The notes under the pieces: model-generated | Seen by the model: the letters and a program-made list of their open reading frames with translations, nothing else | Database searches by the model: none | What the model was told of the DNA's origin: nothing | In this document: piece by piece, positions 9,857 to 16,657 of the stretch | How the letters are laid out: each line of letters begins with the position of its first letter | Numbering within the stretch: the stretch's first letter is position 1 | Source: Thiomicrolovo zhangzhouensis | GTDB taxonomy: Bacteria > Campylobacterota > Campylobacteria > Campylobacterales > Sulfurimonadaceae | Direction of reading: 5' to 3' | DNA: 32,000 nucleotides | Assembly: GCF_039645565.1 (NCBI RefSeq) | Contig: NZ_CP147914.1 | Location: 709,573 to 741,572, forward strand | Position numbers and translations under genes: made by a program

Positions 9857-10339
9857 TCAGCGCTGCATGAGATAGGCATCACAGCCGTCGCGGTAGAAGG
9901 CGTTGAGCGTTCTGAGCGTTTCGAATCCGTAGCGCCGGTAGAGGGCAATGGCAGCGGGGCTGTCGCTTCGCACTTCGAGGGTCATGTGTTCGAAGCCGCG
10001 CAATGCCGCTTCATGCAGGGCCTGCTCCAACAGCTTCGCAGCCACACCGCGGTTTCGGAATCCGGGGGCGACCGCCAGCGAATAGATTTTCGGTACCCGC
10101 CGACGGATCAGTGTCAGGATATAGCCCGCGACGGTGCCGTCATCGGTGCAGGCGACAAGGAGCAGGTTCTGCCGGATGTGATAGTAGAACGCGCGCCGCG
10201 ATAGGGGGTAGTTGTCGGCGGAGAACACCGTCGTCTCCAGTGCAGTGAGCGCCGCCGTGTCGGCAGCGACGGCGGGGCGTACGAAGAAGGTGTGCCGACG
10301 GTCGTCCGGGGAGGGATCTTCGCCGCGGATACCGCTCAT
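9857..10339 (-). CDS. GNAT family N-acetyltransferase (RimI-like)
   Basis: The start at 10339 forms an ATGA overlap with the upstream stop. It has a canonical acetyl-CoA motif A (FRNRGVAAKLLEQAL) and YRRYGFE. The longer track ORF (to 10411) would overlap the neighbouring gene. Confidence 0.8.
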   Translation of the reverse strand: MSGIRGEDPSPDDRRHTFFVRPAVAADTAALTALETTVFSADNYPLSRRAFYYHIRQNLLLVACTDDGTVAGYILTLIRRRVPKIYSLAVAPGFRNRGVAAKLLEQALHEAALRGFEHMTLEVRSDSPAAIALYRRYGFETLRTLNAFYRDGCDAYLMQR

Positions 10340-10788
10340 TTCGTCTGCATCTTTTTGAGCATCCGGATGGCACTGCTGCCGTCGGGATAGTAGCCGGGGA
10401 TGCGTTTCCATTCGCAGTAGCCCATGCCCGTGTAGCGGCGAAGAAGGGCGCGGTTGTCCTCCCGGATTTCAAGGATGATCGTTTCCAGCGCGTGGGTCAA
10501 TGCATACACTTCGATGGCGGCAAAAAGGCGTTTGGCAGCCTCGGTAGACTGCCAGGCCTTGAGCACGGCAAGGGAGTTGAACCAGATGCGTTTCCGCGCG
10601 ACGACTATTCCCAGCGCATAGCCGACGACGCTGCCGTCCTCTTCCCAGACGTACAGCACGCTGCTTGGCTTGTTCAGCAGTCTTGCAAAGTTCTGTTCGC
10701 AAAGGCGGTCGTACACGGCAGGGTCGAACATCGTGTTCTCGATCGCGAGCAGCGCGTCAAGATCATTGGGGGTAGCGGTTCTGAGCAT
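10336..10788 (-). CDS. GNAT-fold acyltransferase with atypical motif A
   Basis: 150 aa with a GNAT strand pattern (VVGYALGIVV, NSLAVL, LEIREDNRALLRRYTGMGY). The motif A position reads KAWQSTEAAKRLF, without the usual glycines. Confidence 0.75.
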   Translation of the reverse strand: MLRTATPNDLDALLAIENTMFDPAVYDRLCEQNFARLLNKPSSVLYVWEEDGSVVGYALGIVVARKRIWFNSLAVLKAWQSTEAAKRLFAAIEVYALTHALETIILEIREDNRALLRRYTGMGYCEWKRIPGYYPDGSSAIRMLKKMQTK

Positions 10789-10793
10789 GGCCT

Positions 10794-11774
10794 TTACTTC
10801 TGATAGATCGTGAACTTGGGAACAAGCTTGTAGGGACGGTAGGACATCTTCACCTTCTTGAGGTTCTCAAATCCCATGTCATCACCGACGTTGATGTAGG
10901 CGATACCGTACTTCTCTTTGAGCAGTTTCGAAAATTCGCGGAAGATATACTGCGCACACCCCATCACCTCGAAATCGGTCTTTTCGATGATGACACAGGC
11001 GGTGTCGTTGCTGATGCGTTCGCCTGCCGTAAACCCCTTGATCTCCCCCTCGATATAAATGACAAGTCCCGTCAGCTGGAGTGCTTCGTAATGCTTGAGC
11101 ATCCGCTTGACGGCATGGCGCTCCTGGTGGATCCCCTCGAGGAAGACTTCCGCCTCCTCTTTGGGCATGTATTTCACCCGGTCCGAAACCCATTTGTTGA
11201 ACAGCGCCATGATGCCGTCAAAATGCTTCTCGCTGTCGAGCTCCTCGACATAGGCATCGGGGTAGGAGTTGCGGAAACGGTTGATCTCGGTGCGCTTCGT
11301 GTGGTAGCTGTTGCCGCGCAGCTCGATCAGTTTGTCGACCTCGTAGACGTAATCGACGAGCTTCTTCTCGAGGATGTAGTGTTCGAGCATTTCGAACATG
11401 CTCTGCGCTTCGTCTTCGCTCTGGATGAACTCTTCGACGGTCGAGGCCTGCACGTAGTCGATACGGGCGTAGTAGGGCGATGAGTTGTTCGCGTTCATGA
11501 TCTCGAAACACTGCACGATCGCCTTGTCGACGTTCTTTTTTTTCCCGATGGGCGGCAGCAGCATCGTCAGCTCCCCTCCCGTCATGACAAAGAGACAGAA
11601 ACATTTGTTGATGACGGCATAAAAACCGCTGCTGTTGCCCAGCCAGATATAGTTGGCGGCGAAGGTGTAGTCGCTGATATCGACGTTGACTTTGGCCAGG
11701 TATTTTTCGAGAATAGGTTTGGCTTTGAGGCCGAAGGGTTTGAGTTCCCGTTTGTTGATGACGAGGTTCGCCAT
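10794..11774 (-). CDS. DUF2156-like protein (MprF C-terminal / aminoacyl-tRNA transferase-like fold), tentative
   Basis: 326 aa. DYTFAANYIWLG near the N-terminus and DDMGFENLKKVKMSYRPYKLVPKF at the C-terminus match my recollection of the DUF2156 family. Its stop lies 5 nt before the next start. Confidence 0.55.
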   Translation of the reverse strand: MANLVINKRELKPFGLKAKPILEKYLAKVNVDISDYTFAANYIWLGNSSGFYAVINKCFCLFVMTGGELTMLLPPIGKKKNVDKAIVQCFEIMNANNSSPYYARIDYVQASTVEEFIQSEDEAQSMFEMLEHYILEKKLVDYVYEVDKLIELRGNSYHTKRTEINRFRNSYPDAYVEELDSEKHFDGIMALFNKWVSDRVKYMPKEEAEVFLEGIHQERHAVKRMLKHYEALQLTGLVIYIEGEIKGFTAGERISNDTACVIIEKTDFEVMGCAQYIFREFSKLLKEKYGIAYINVGDDMGFENLKKVKMSYRPYKLVPKFTIYQK

Positions 11775-11903
11775 TGGGGTGATGTGTCCTTTAGACGGAT
11801 ATATTATTTCGGCATTTTACTCCGCTTTTCGCCGTTTGCGTCAAGGAAATTTTCGGGCTCCAAAACCCGCGCAAACAAGGGCATTTCTCTAACATTGACG
11901 CAG

Positions 11904-11909
11904 TATAAT
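11904..11909 (+). promoter_or_regulatory. Candidate -10 box (TATAAT) for the FTR-like gene
   Basis: A perfect TATAAT lies 22 nt upstream of the ATG at 11932, in an AT-rich divergent intergenic region. Confidence 0.3.
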
Positions 11910-11931
11910 TGCTTTGCAAAAAGGATTGAAT

Positions 11932-12591
11932 ATGCTAAAAATGATGATTGGGTTCATGAAAGACTACTGGAAGTACCGCGACGCGGTCAAAAAACAGCAC
12001 CGCTGGATCGTGAAGTACGCCGCGCAGAAAGGGTATGCCATCAACCCGAGCCTGATGATGAGCAAGAACCTCGAAGTGTGGCTGAGCGAGATGGAGGCGA
12101 CCTTCGGCAAGCGCTACTGCCCCTGCTTCGAACCCTCGGGGGACGCGAAGCTCGACAAGCAGATGTGCTGCCCCTGCGAGTTTATCGACGACGAGATCGA
12201 CGAGTACGGCACCTGCCACTGCGCGCTGTTCGGCCGCGGGGATCTCGACAAGGCGGGCTGGAAAGCCTCTTCGCAGCGCCTGATGGGGGAGTACCGCGTC
12301 CCGCTGAACATGAAAGAGGGCGTCCTTGACACCCGCGGCATGCCGCTTGACCCGCGCCGTGGCCTGCCCATCCCCGACGCCATGCACCAGATGAAAGCGA
12401 CCCTCAACGGGTACGGCGGCAAGACGCTCTGCATGATCGTCGAACGCGAGCAGGAGGCGAAGAACCTGGAGACCATCGCCGCGTTCAGGGGCTACGGCTT
12501 CTCCAAAGCGGAGACGGGTGACGGCATCACCGTGACCCTGGACCTCGAAGGCGGAAACGCGCAGGGTACTTCGGGCAGCTGCGGACAGTAG
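11932..12591 (+). CDS. Ferredoxin:thioredoxin reductase catalytic-subunit-like domain fused to a TusA/SirA-like domain
   Basis: The ATG at 11932 follows AAGGA. The FTR-type cysteine pattern is CPC..(14)..CCPC..(14)..CHC (YCPCFEPSG...MCCPCEFIDDEIDEYGTCHCALF). The C-terminal about 90 aa (LDTRGM...GLPIPDAMHQMKATL...GKTLCMIV...) resemble TusA. Confidence 0.75.
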   Translation: MLKMMIGFMKDYWKYRDAVKKQHRWIVKYAAQKGYAINPSLMMSKNLEVWLSEMEATFGKRYCPCFEPSGDAKLDKQMCCPCEFIDDEIDEYGTCHCALFGRGDLDKAGWKASSQRLMGEYRVPLNMKEGVLDTRGMPLDPRRGLPIPDAMHQMKATLNGYGGKTLCMIVEREQEAKNLETIAAFRGYGFSKAETGDGITVTLDLEGGNAQGTSGSCGQ

Positions 12592-12593
12592 AC

Positions 12594-12623
12594 CTCTCCT
12601 CGCCCCGGTGCGGAGGGGTTTTT
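12594..12623 (+). terminator. Rho-independent terminator after the FTR-like gene
   Basis: CCTCGC...GCGGAGG forms an imperfect stem followed by GGTTTTT, directly after the stop codon. Confidence 0.5.
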
Positions 12624-12664
12624 AAAATCTAAAGTGATTTTCCCTATACTTGTAGATATTGATA

Positions 12665-12670
12665 TATAAT
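12665..12670 (+). promoter_or_regulatory. Candidate -10 box (TATAAT)
   Basis: TATAAT in AT-rich DNA lies 20 nt upstream of the ATG at 12690. A GGGGA RBS sits between them. Confidence 0.3.
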
Positions 12671-12689
12671 AGTCAAAAAGGGGGATAGC

Positions 12690-12998
12690 ATGAAAAAGCT
12701 CGTACTCATTCTCGGACTTGCCGTGTCACTGCTGGCGGTGGACAAATGTGCCGTCTATGCCGTCAAATACGCAGAGGTCCCGCAGATCAAGGTCGTTACG
12801 ATCAACGGTTCGTCTACCTGTGAAACGGGGACGGTCGTCATCAAGATCTACGACGGGAAAGGGCAGTATCTCCAGACGATCACCGCGCCCATTGAAGATA
12901 GCGCCTTTTCGACGCAGTTTGAAGGCACAACGGCAAACGGCCTGCGCTTCAAACACTCCGTTGTTGATAGCAACGGGACGGTCCTGGACCGCTACTGA
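12690..12998 (+). CDS. Small exported protein, unknown function
   Basis: 102 aa with signal peptide MKKLVLILGLAVSLLAV, an RBS (AAAGGGGGA) and two Cys. I recognise no family. Confidence 0.55.
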   Translation: MKKLVLILGLAVSLLAVDKCAVYAVKYAEVPQIKVVTINGSSTCETGTVVIKIYDGKGQYLQTITAPIEDSAFSTQFEGTTANGLRFKHSVVDSNGTVLDRY

Positions 12999-13138
12999 GC
13001 GGTTCATAGGGGGAACGGACTTCTCATTTATCTCATATATTGAAAGAAATACGTTCAATCAAGTAATAAGCGTCTGAAAGTCTGTAAGGATTGTGGAAGA
13101 ACATTATTTGTTGAGAATGTATAAATGAAAAATGGCGT

Positions 13139-13158
13139 GCCGGGCGCGATTGTCCGGC
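13139..13158. terminator. Hairpin between convergent genes
   Basis: GCCGGGC GCGATT GTCCGGC forms a 7-bp stem including one G-U pair. On the - strand it is followed by ACGCCATTTTT. Confidence 0.3.
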
Positions 13159-13185
13159 CGCTGGTACTACAAACTAGAAAAACTT

Positions 13186-13779
13186 CTATTCGATGATTTC
13201 AAACATGTAACCCAGAACATAGTAAATACCTGCCGGAACCTTGAGAGGAGCTTCTTCCGGTGATGTTTTATTTTTCAATTCAAAAGTATTTCCACCTTCA
13301 CTTTTGCCGAGAGTAACAAACTTGTTGTCTGAAGATTCCAGCAAGAAGCCACGCTGATGCTCTACCAGGGGAGCTGAATTTGGTGCAAGGGCTTTATCTT
13401 TTAAATCAAATGGAACAACTTGGGACAACCCTATCATTAGATAGCGGGATTTATTGTAGACAATACCGTCGACATTTTTAAACTTGGCGAGCTCTGGCAA
13501 TACCGTCAATACTGAGTCGCCCGATTGCGTTGTCAAATAGGTTATCTCCGGCAGTTTATTGTTTTTATATTGCTGGTAAGTTGTTGAGTGGTCAATAATG
13601 CGCGATTGTTCGAAGCCAGCTTTAAAATTTTCAACTGGTACATACTTGCCCCCGGTATGGATATAAAGCCCTTCAGGTAGACTTTGCATTTCTTCCATCG
13701 TATCTTTAGAACAGCCGTTCAATGTTGATAATGTAAATAATGCAAATAGCAGGATGCTTATTAATTTGATTGTTTTCAT
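13186..13779 (-). CDS. Lipoprotein, unknown function
   Basis: 197 aa with a lipobox (LSTLNG/C) after a hydrophobic leader. AGGAGG lies upstream, 15 nt after the stop of the MORN gene. The gene is low-GC. Confidence 0.7.
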   Translation of the reverse strand: MKTIKLISILLFALFTLSTLNGCSKDTMEEMQSLPEGLYIHTGGKYVPVENFKAGFEQSRIIDHSTTYQQYKNNKLPEITYLTTQSGDSVLTVLPELAKFKNVDGIVYNKSRYLMIGLSQVVPFDLKDKALAPNSAPLVEHQRGFLLESSDNKFVTLGKSEGGNTFELKNKTSPEEAPLKVPAGIYYVLGYMFEIIE

Positions 13780-13794
13780 TTGATGTTTTCCTCC

Positions 13795-15240
13795 TTATAT
13801 CTTTGTTTTTGCAATGAGAGTTCCGTCTTTCCATTCAGTAATTGACGTCACAGCGCCGGTTTGCGGATCGAACTCTCTCTCCATGCCATCTTTCTTTTCG
13901 TTTACGTTGTACGTTGTTTCTGTGGCAAGGTAATTTTTTCCATTATTTTGTCGGTATGTTTTCCATACTCCATATTTTTTCTCATTTTGGTATTCGCCTT
14001 CTGTAGCGAGCTCGTTTTTACGGTTTTCGTAAGAGTATTTATACATTTTCCACAGCCCGTGTTTCTTGTCATCTTGATATTCACCTTCTGTAGCAAGCTC
14101 GTATTTACGGCTTACGTGAGAATAGCTATATTTTTTCCACATGCCATGTTTCTTGCCATTTTGGTACGGACCTTCTTCCTGTAGCTTGTTTTCCCAGTTA
14201 TAAGATTTATAGTCACCATTCAACTCTCCATCTTTATAGGTCTCTATTTTGTAGGCATGTGTCTCTTTTCCATCTTTAATCTCGTAATACCGATGCACCC
14301 CATCCGTAAGATGGCCATCTTTATACTCACGTTTATTGATGACTTTGCCTGATGCCAAATAGTGGGCATCGCTGACACGTAGTCCATCCTTGTACTGTAC
14401 TGTTGCACGGAGTTTCCCGTCGGGATAGTAGAATGTGGCAAGTCCCTCTTCTTTGCCATTCTTAAAGGTTTTTTTAGAATCAAGTCGTCCCATGTAATCA
14501 TAGGAGATACTATCCCCCTCTTTTATACCATTGACGTACGTTACCATTTCATAGAGTCGTCCTTGAACATATTTCTCTTGAATCCCATCCAGGGTGTCAT
14601 TTTTGTACCTTACAGTCTTTTCTTGGTTCGCCTCTTTGTCATAGCACGCAAAACTTATGAAGATATCCTCTCCGGACTTTTTCAAAGTCATAACCATTGT
14701 GGAGGAGCCACCAACATCCCAAAATTTTGTCTTCAAGTTGGGCTGTTCTCGCATCTCTTCGTAGCGCTGAGTATCGCGTATAGCATCTGTGATTACTTGA
14801 ATGCCTTCAACAATCTCTCCATTCTCATAGGTCAGATCTGCCAGCGTTTCACCAGTGTGGGAAAATCTTTGGTATTTACCGTGCAATTTCCCGTTATAAA
14901 AAGTCTCAAGCACTTTGAGCTCTCCGTTGAGAACGTAGTAGCTTCTTGTCTGGAAACCTCCATCTTTAAAAATCTCGATAGTCGATTTACTCGGGTCGTC
15001 GCTCAGTAGTTTTTCTTTGAGCTTTTTAGCTGCTGCTTCTTCAGCTTGCTGTTTTTTCAACCAAGCTTCTTGCTCTGCTTTCCGTTTTGCTTCTTCCTGT
15101 TGTCTTTGCTTGTAATACTCTTCAGAATGTTCTGAAGATGCACCTTCTATCATCGCATTGCCAAAAGCTTTAAACAATCCACCTTTTGCACTTACTTCAC
15201 CTGAGAAAAGTACAAATAGCATGAATAAAATAGATTTCAT
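13795..15240 (-). CDS. Exported MORN-variant / YwqK-type repeat protein
   Basis: The ATG at 15240 follows AGGGTGGGA. The signal peptide is MKSILFMLFVLFSGEVSA. A Lys/Glu/Ala-rich coiled segment is followed by more than 10 repeats of the type Y.NG.L.G....Y..NG (e.g. TFYNGKLHGKYQRF, TYENGEIVEG, TFKNGKEEGLATFYYPDGKL). Confidence 0.8.
   Translation of the reverse strand: MKSILFMLFVLFSGEVSAKGGLFKAFGNAMIEGASSEHSEEYYKQRQQEEAKRKAEQEAWLKKQQAEEAAAKKLKEKLLSDDPSKSTIEIFKDGGFQTRSYYVLNGELKVLETFYNGKLHGKYQRFSHTGETLADLTYENGEIVEGIQVITDAIRDTQRYEEMREQPNLKTKFWDVGGSSTMVMTLKKSGEDIFISFACYDKEANQEKTVRYKNDTLDGIQEKYVQGRLYEMVTYVNGIKEGDSISYDYMGRLDSKKTFKNGKEEGLATFYYPDGKLRATVQYKDGLRVSDAHYLASGKVINKREYKDGHLTDGVHRYYEIKDGKETHAYKIETYKDGELNGDYKSYNWENKLQEEGPYQNGKKHGMWKKYSYSHVSRKYELATEGEYQDDKKHGLWKMYKYSYENRKNELATEGEYQNEKKYGVWKTYRQNNGKNYLATETTYNVNEKKDGMEREFDPQTGAVTSITEWKDGTLIAKTKI
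13891..14148 (-). repeat. Three tandem about 87-nt (28-29 aa) repeats inside the MORN gene
   Basis: The units are HGMWKKYSYSHVSRKYELATEGEYQDDKK, HGLWKMYKYSYENRKNELATEGEYQNEKK and YGVWKTYRQNNGKNYLATETTYNVNEKK. At the DNA level, CCTTCTGTAGC(G/A)AGCTCG recurs at 13997 and 14084. Confidence 0.7.
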
Positions 15241-15831
15241 TCCCACCCTTTTTTTGATGTTATTAAAAAAATGTAAGACTAATGCACAACTCCAGATAGC
15301 ATCAAACTTATCAATTCTGTTCTCATGAAAGCTGACTATCCTGAAGTAAACGATAGACTTCCACCTTTTGCATATGCTGACACTGTATGCGGAAGCTTTC
15401 CTGTTTACATTCCCAATACATCTTTTTTACTGTGTGCTTATAAATCAAACTTATTGAATGTAGTTTTTTAATACTATTTGTTGACTGAATGATATTTAAC
15501 TTTTGTAACTTTTTTGTGATATGTTTCGTTAATAAACATTCTAGGCTGCCTGATAAATAGTAGCCTGAATTACTCAATACCTATAAGGCTATTTATGTTT
15601 TCTCGTTGGACCTGTCACAGGGCACGTTGAAGCTCTTTAGGAGGTCATAAAAGCTATTAAAATATTAAAGACCAGTTTCTCCATAAAGTCATACATTTGG
15701 AAAATTGATACGGTTGCGAGTTCTCCGTGTTCAACAAACTGTTCAAAAGTTGAAATGTTAAATTCACACAAGTTTATCAAGAAAGAAGGTGAGATATTGC
15801 GAAAAAGGTATATTTAGATCAGACAAGTGAA

Positions 15832-16041
15832 ATGGATGTTTTCGAGTATTTTTACATACGGCCAACAGGCCTAAAGTACGAAATATTATGTAGTCGAACT
15901 CCGCTTTAGGACAAAAGAAGTTCCTTTTATGTTGTACCTGATGATGAGGATTTTTGGGCTTGGTTATTTTCTAACTATCTTCCATACAATGACAATGATA
16001 AAAGTGATGAGATATCTGAAATGACAACTCATGTCAGTTAG
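15832..16041 (+). pseudogene. Possible gene remnant with an in-frame amber codon
   Basis: My translation is MDVFEYFYIRPTGLKYEILCSRTPL*DKRSSFYVVPDDEDFWAWLFSNYLPYNDNDKSDEISEMTTHVS*. A TAG at 15907-15909 interrupts an otherwise open 69-codon frame. I recognise no family. Confidence 0.2.
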
Positions 16042-16067
16042 ATCGAATGATTAGCTGGAGCTAAATG

Positions 16068-16529
16068 CTAATTCCCACACCAATCTTTTGTCTTTGTCCC
16101 TCCGTCGTAACGGACGGCCAGGCCGCTTGTAATGAGGCTCTGCCCGACACTCTTTCCATCTGCATAAACATCTGCCACGACCCGGAAGTATTTGCCCCGT
16201 TTCATATTACGGAGTTCAACCGTTTTGGCGTCGCGGAGCAGGGCAATGGTATGCTGCTTGGCTTCGCGGGCCAGCAGTTTCTCGGCCTGGCACTTCCCTT
16301 TCATTTCGGGGGTGTCGATACCGTTGATCCGGATGCCGATGCGTTCGCCGATGAGCTGCGGCCACGCCTTGATCGTGGCACGGAAAGTGTCGCCATCATA
16401 AACGCTTGTCACCTCGTCGACTGTCATGGAACCGAAGTTTTTTGTGTTGATCGAAGCGGCGGTGAGGGTGTAGCATGCAAGTAAAATAGTCAGATAGAGT
16501 TTCAAGTAGGTTCGTGCTTTATGTCCCAA
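16068..16529 (-). CDS. Staphylococcal-nuclease-like (thermonuclease/SNc) nuclease, probably exported
   Basis: SNase active-site blocks are conserved: VYDGDTF, RINGIDTPE and YFRVVADVYADGKSVGQSLITSGLA. The N-terminus is hydrophobic (LKLYLTILLACYTLTAAS). The start is uncertain (TTG at 16529 or TTG at 16505). Confidence 0.8.
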   Translation of the reverse strand: MGHKARTYLKLYLTILLACYTLTAASINTKNFGSMTVDEVTSVYDGDTFRATIKAWPQLIGERIGIRINGIDTPEMKGKCQAEKLLAREAKQHTIALLRDAKTVELRNMKRGKYFRVVADVYADGKSVGQSLITSGLAVRYDGGTKTKDWCGN

Positions 16530-16548
16530 CGTTGGGAGAAATTGATAG

Positions 16549-16625
16549 TGGTGCTGATGGGGAGACTCGAACTCCCGGCCTCTTGATTACGAATCAAGTG
16601 CTCTAGCCGACTGAGCTACATCAGC
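16549..16625 (-). tRNA. tRNA-Thr (anticodon CGU)
   Basis: The reverse complement folds as GCTGATG TA GCTC AGTCGGCTA GAGC A CTTGA TTCGTAA TCAAG AGGCC GGGAG TTCGAGT CTCCC CATCAGC A CCA. That is 77 nt with a full cloverleaf and an encoded CCA. Confidence 0.9.
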
Positions 16626-16639
16626 ATTCAGGGGTCGGC

Positions 16640-16645
16640 ATTATA
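16640..16645 (-). promoter_or_regulatory. Candidate -10 box (TATAAT) for the tRNA
   Basis: TATAAT on the - strand lies 14 nt upstream of the mature tRNA 5' end, just after the glk stop. Confidence 0.35.
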
Positions 16646-16657
16646 CGACGAAATTTT

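Larger units (their letters stand above)
12624..16548. mobile_element. Putative horizontally acquired low-GC island next to tRNA-Thr (no integrase seen; possibly decayed)
   Basis: There is a sharp drop in G+C relative to the flanks. My spot counts are 25/60 at 14041-14100 and 13/60 at 15421-15480, versus 41/60 at 17101-17160. The right edge abuts the 3' end of the tRNA. The left boundary is uncertain (about 12.6 or about 13.0 kb). Confidence 0.45.

Noticed and set aside
10339-10411. N-terminal extension of the second GNAT (track ORF start at 10411).
   Set aside because: It would overlap the upstream GNAT by 76 nt and adds a non-GNAT, charged leader. The ATGA-coupled start at 10339 is more parsimonious.
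11895-11909. TTGACG plus TATAAT as a sigma70 -35/-10 pair.
   Set aside because: The spacer is only 3 nt, versus the required about 17 nt. Only the TATAAT is retained as a candidate -10.
13150-13175. Possible att-like direct repeat of the tRNA 3' end (CTGGTACTAC versus GTGGTGCTGA).
   Set aside because: Only about 6 of 9 positions match, which is indistinguishable from chance. No convincing island-border repeat was found by eye.
13861-14184. 107-aa + strand ORF inside the MORN gene.
   Set aside because: It is antisense to a well-supported repeat protein. Its F/L/V-rich translation is an artefact of the repeat's reverse complement.
15323-15577. 84-aa ORF on the - strand in the AT-rich spacer.
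   Set aside because: It has a TTG start and no RBS. Its K/S/L/I-rich composition is expected from AT-rich DNA, and I recognise no motif. It is kept only as part of the spacer finding.
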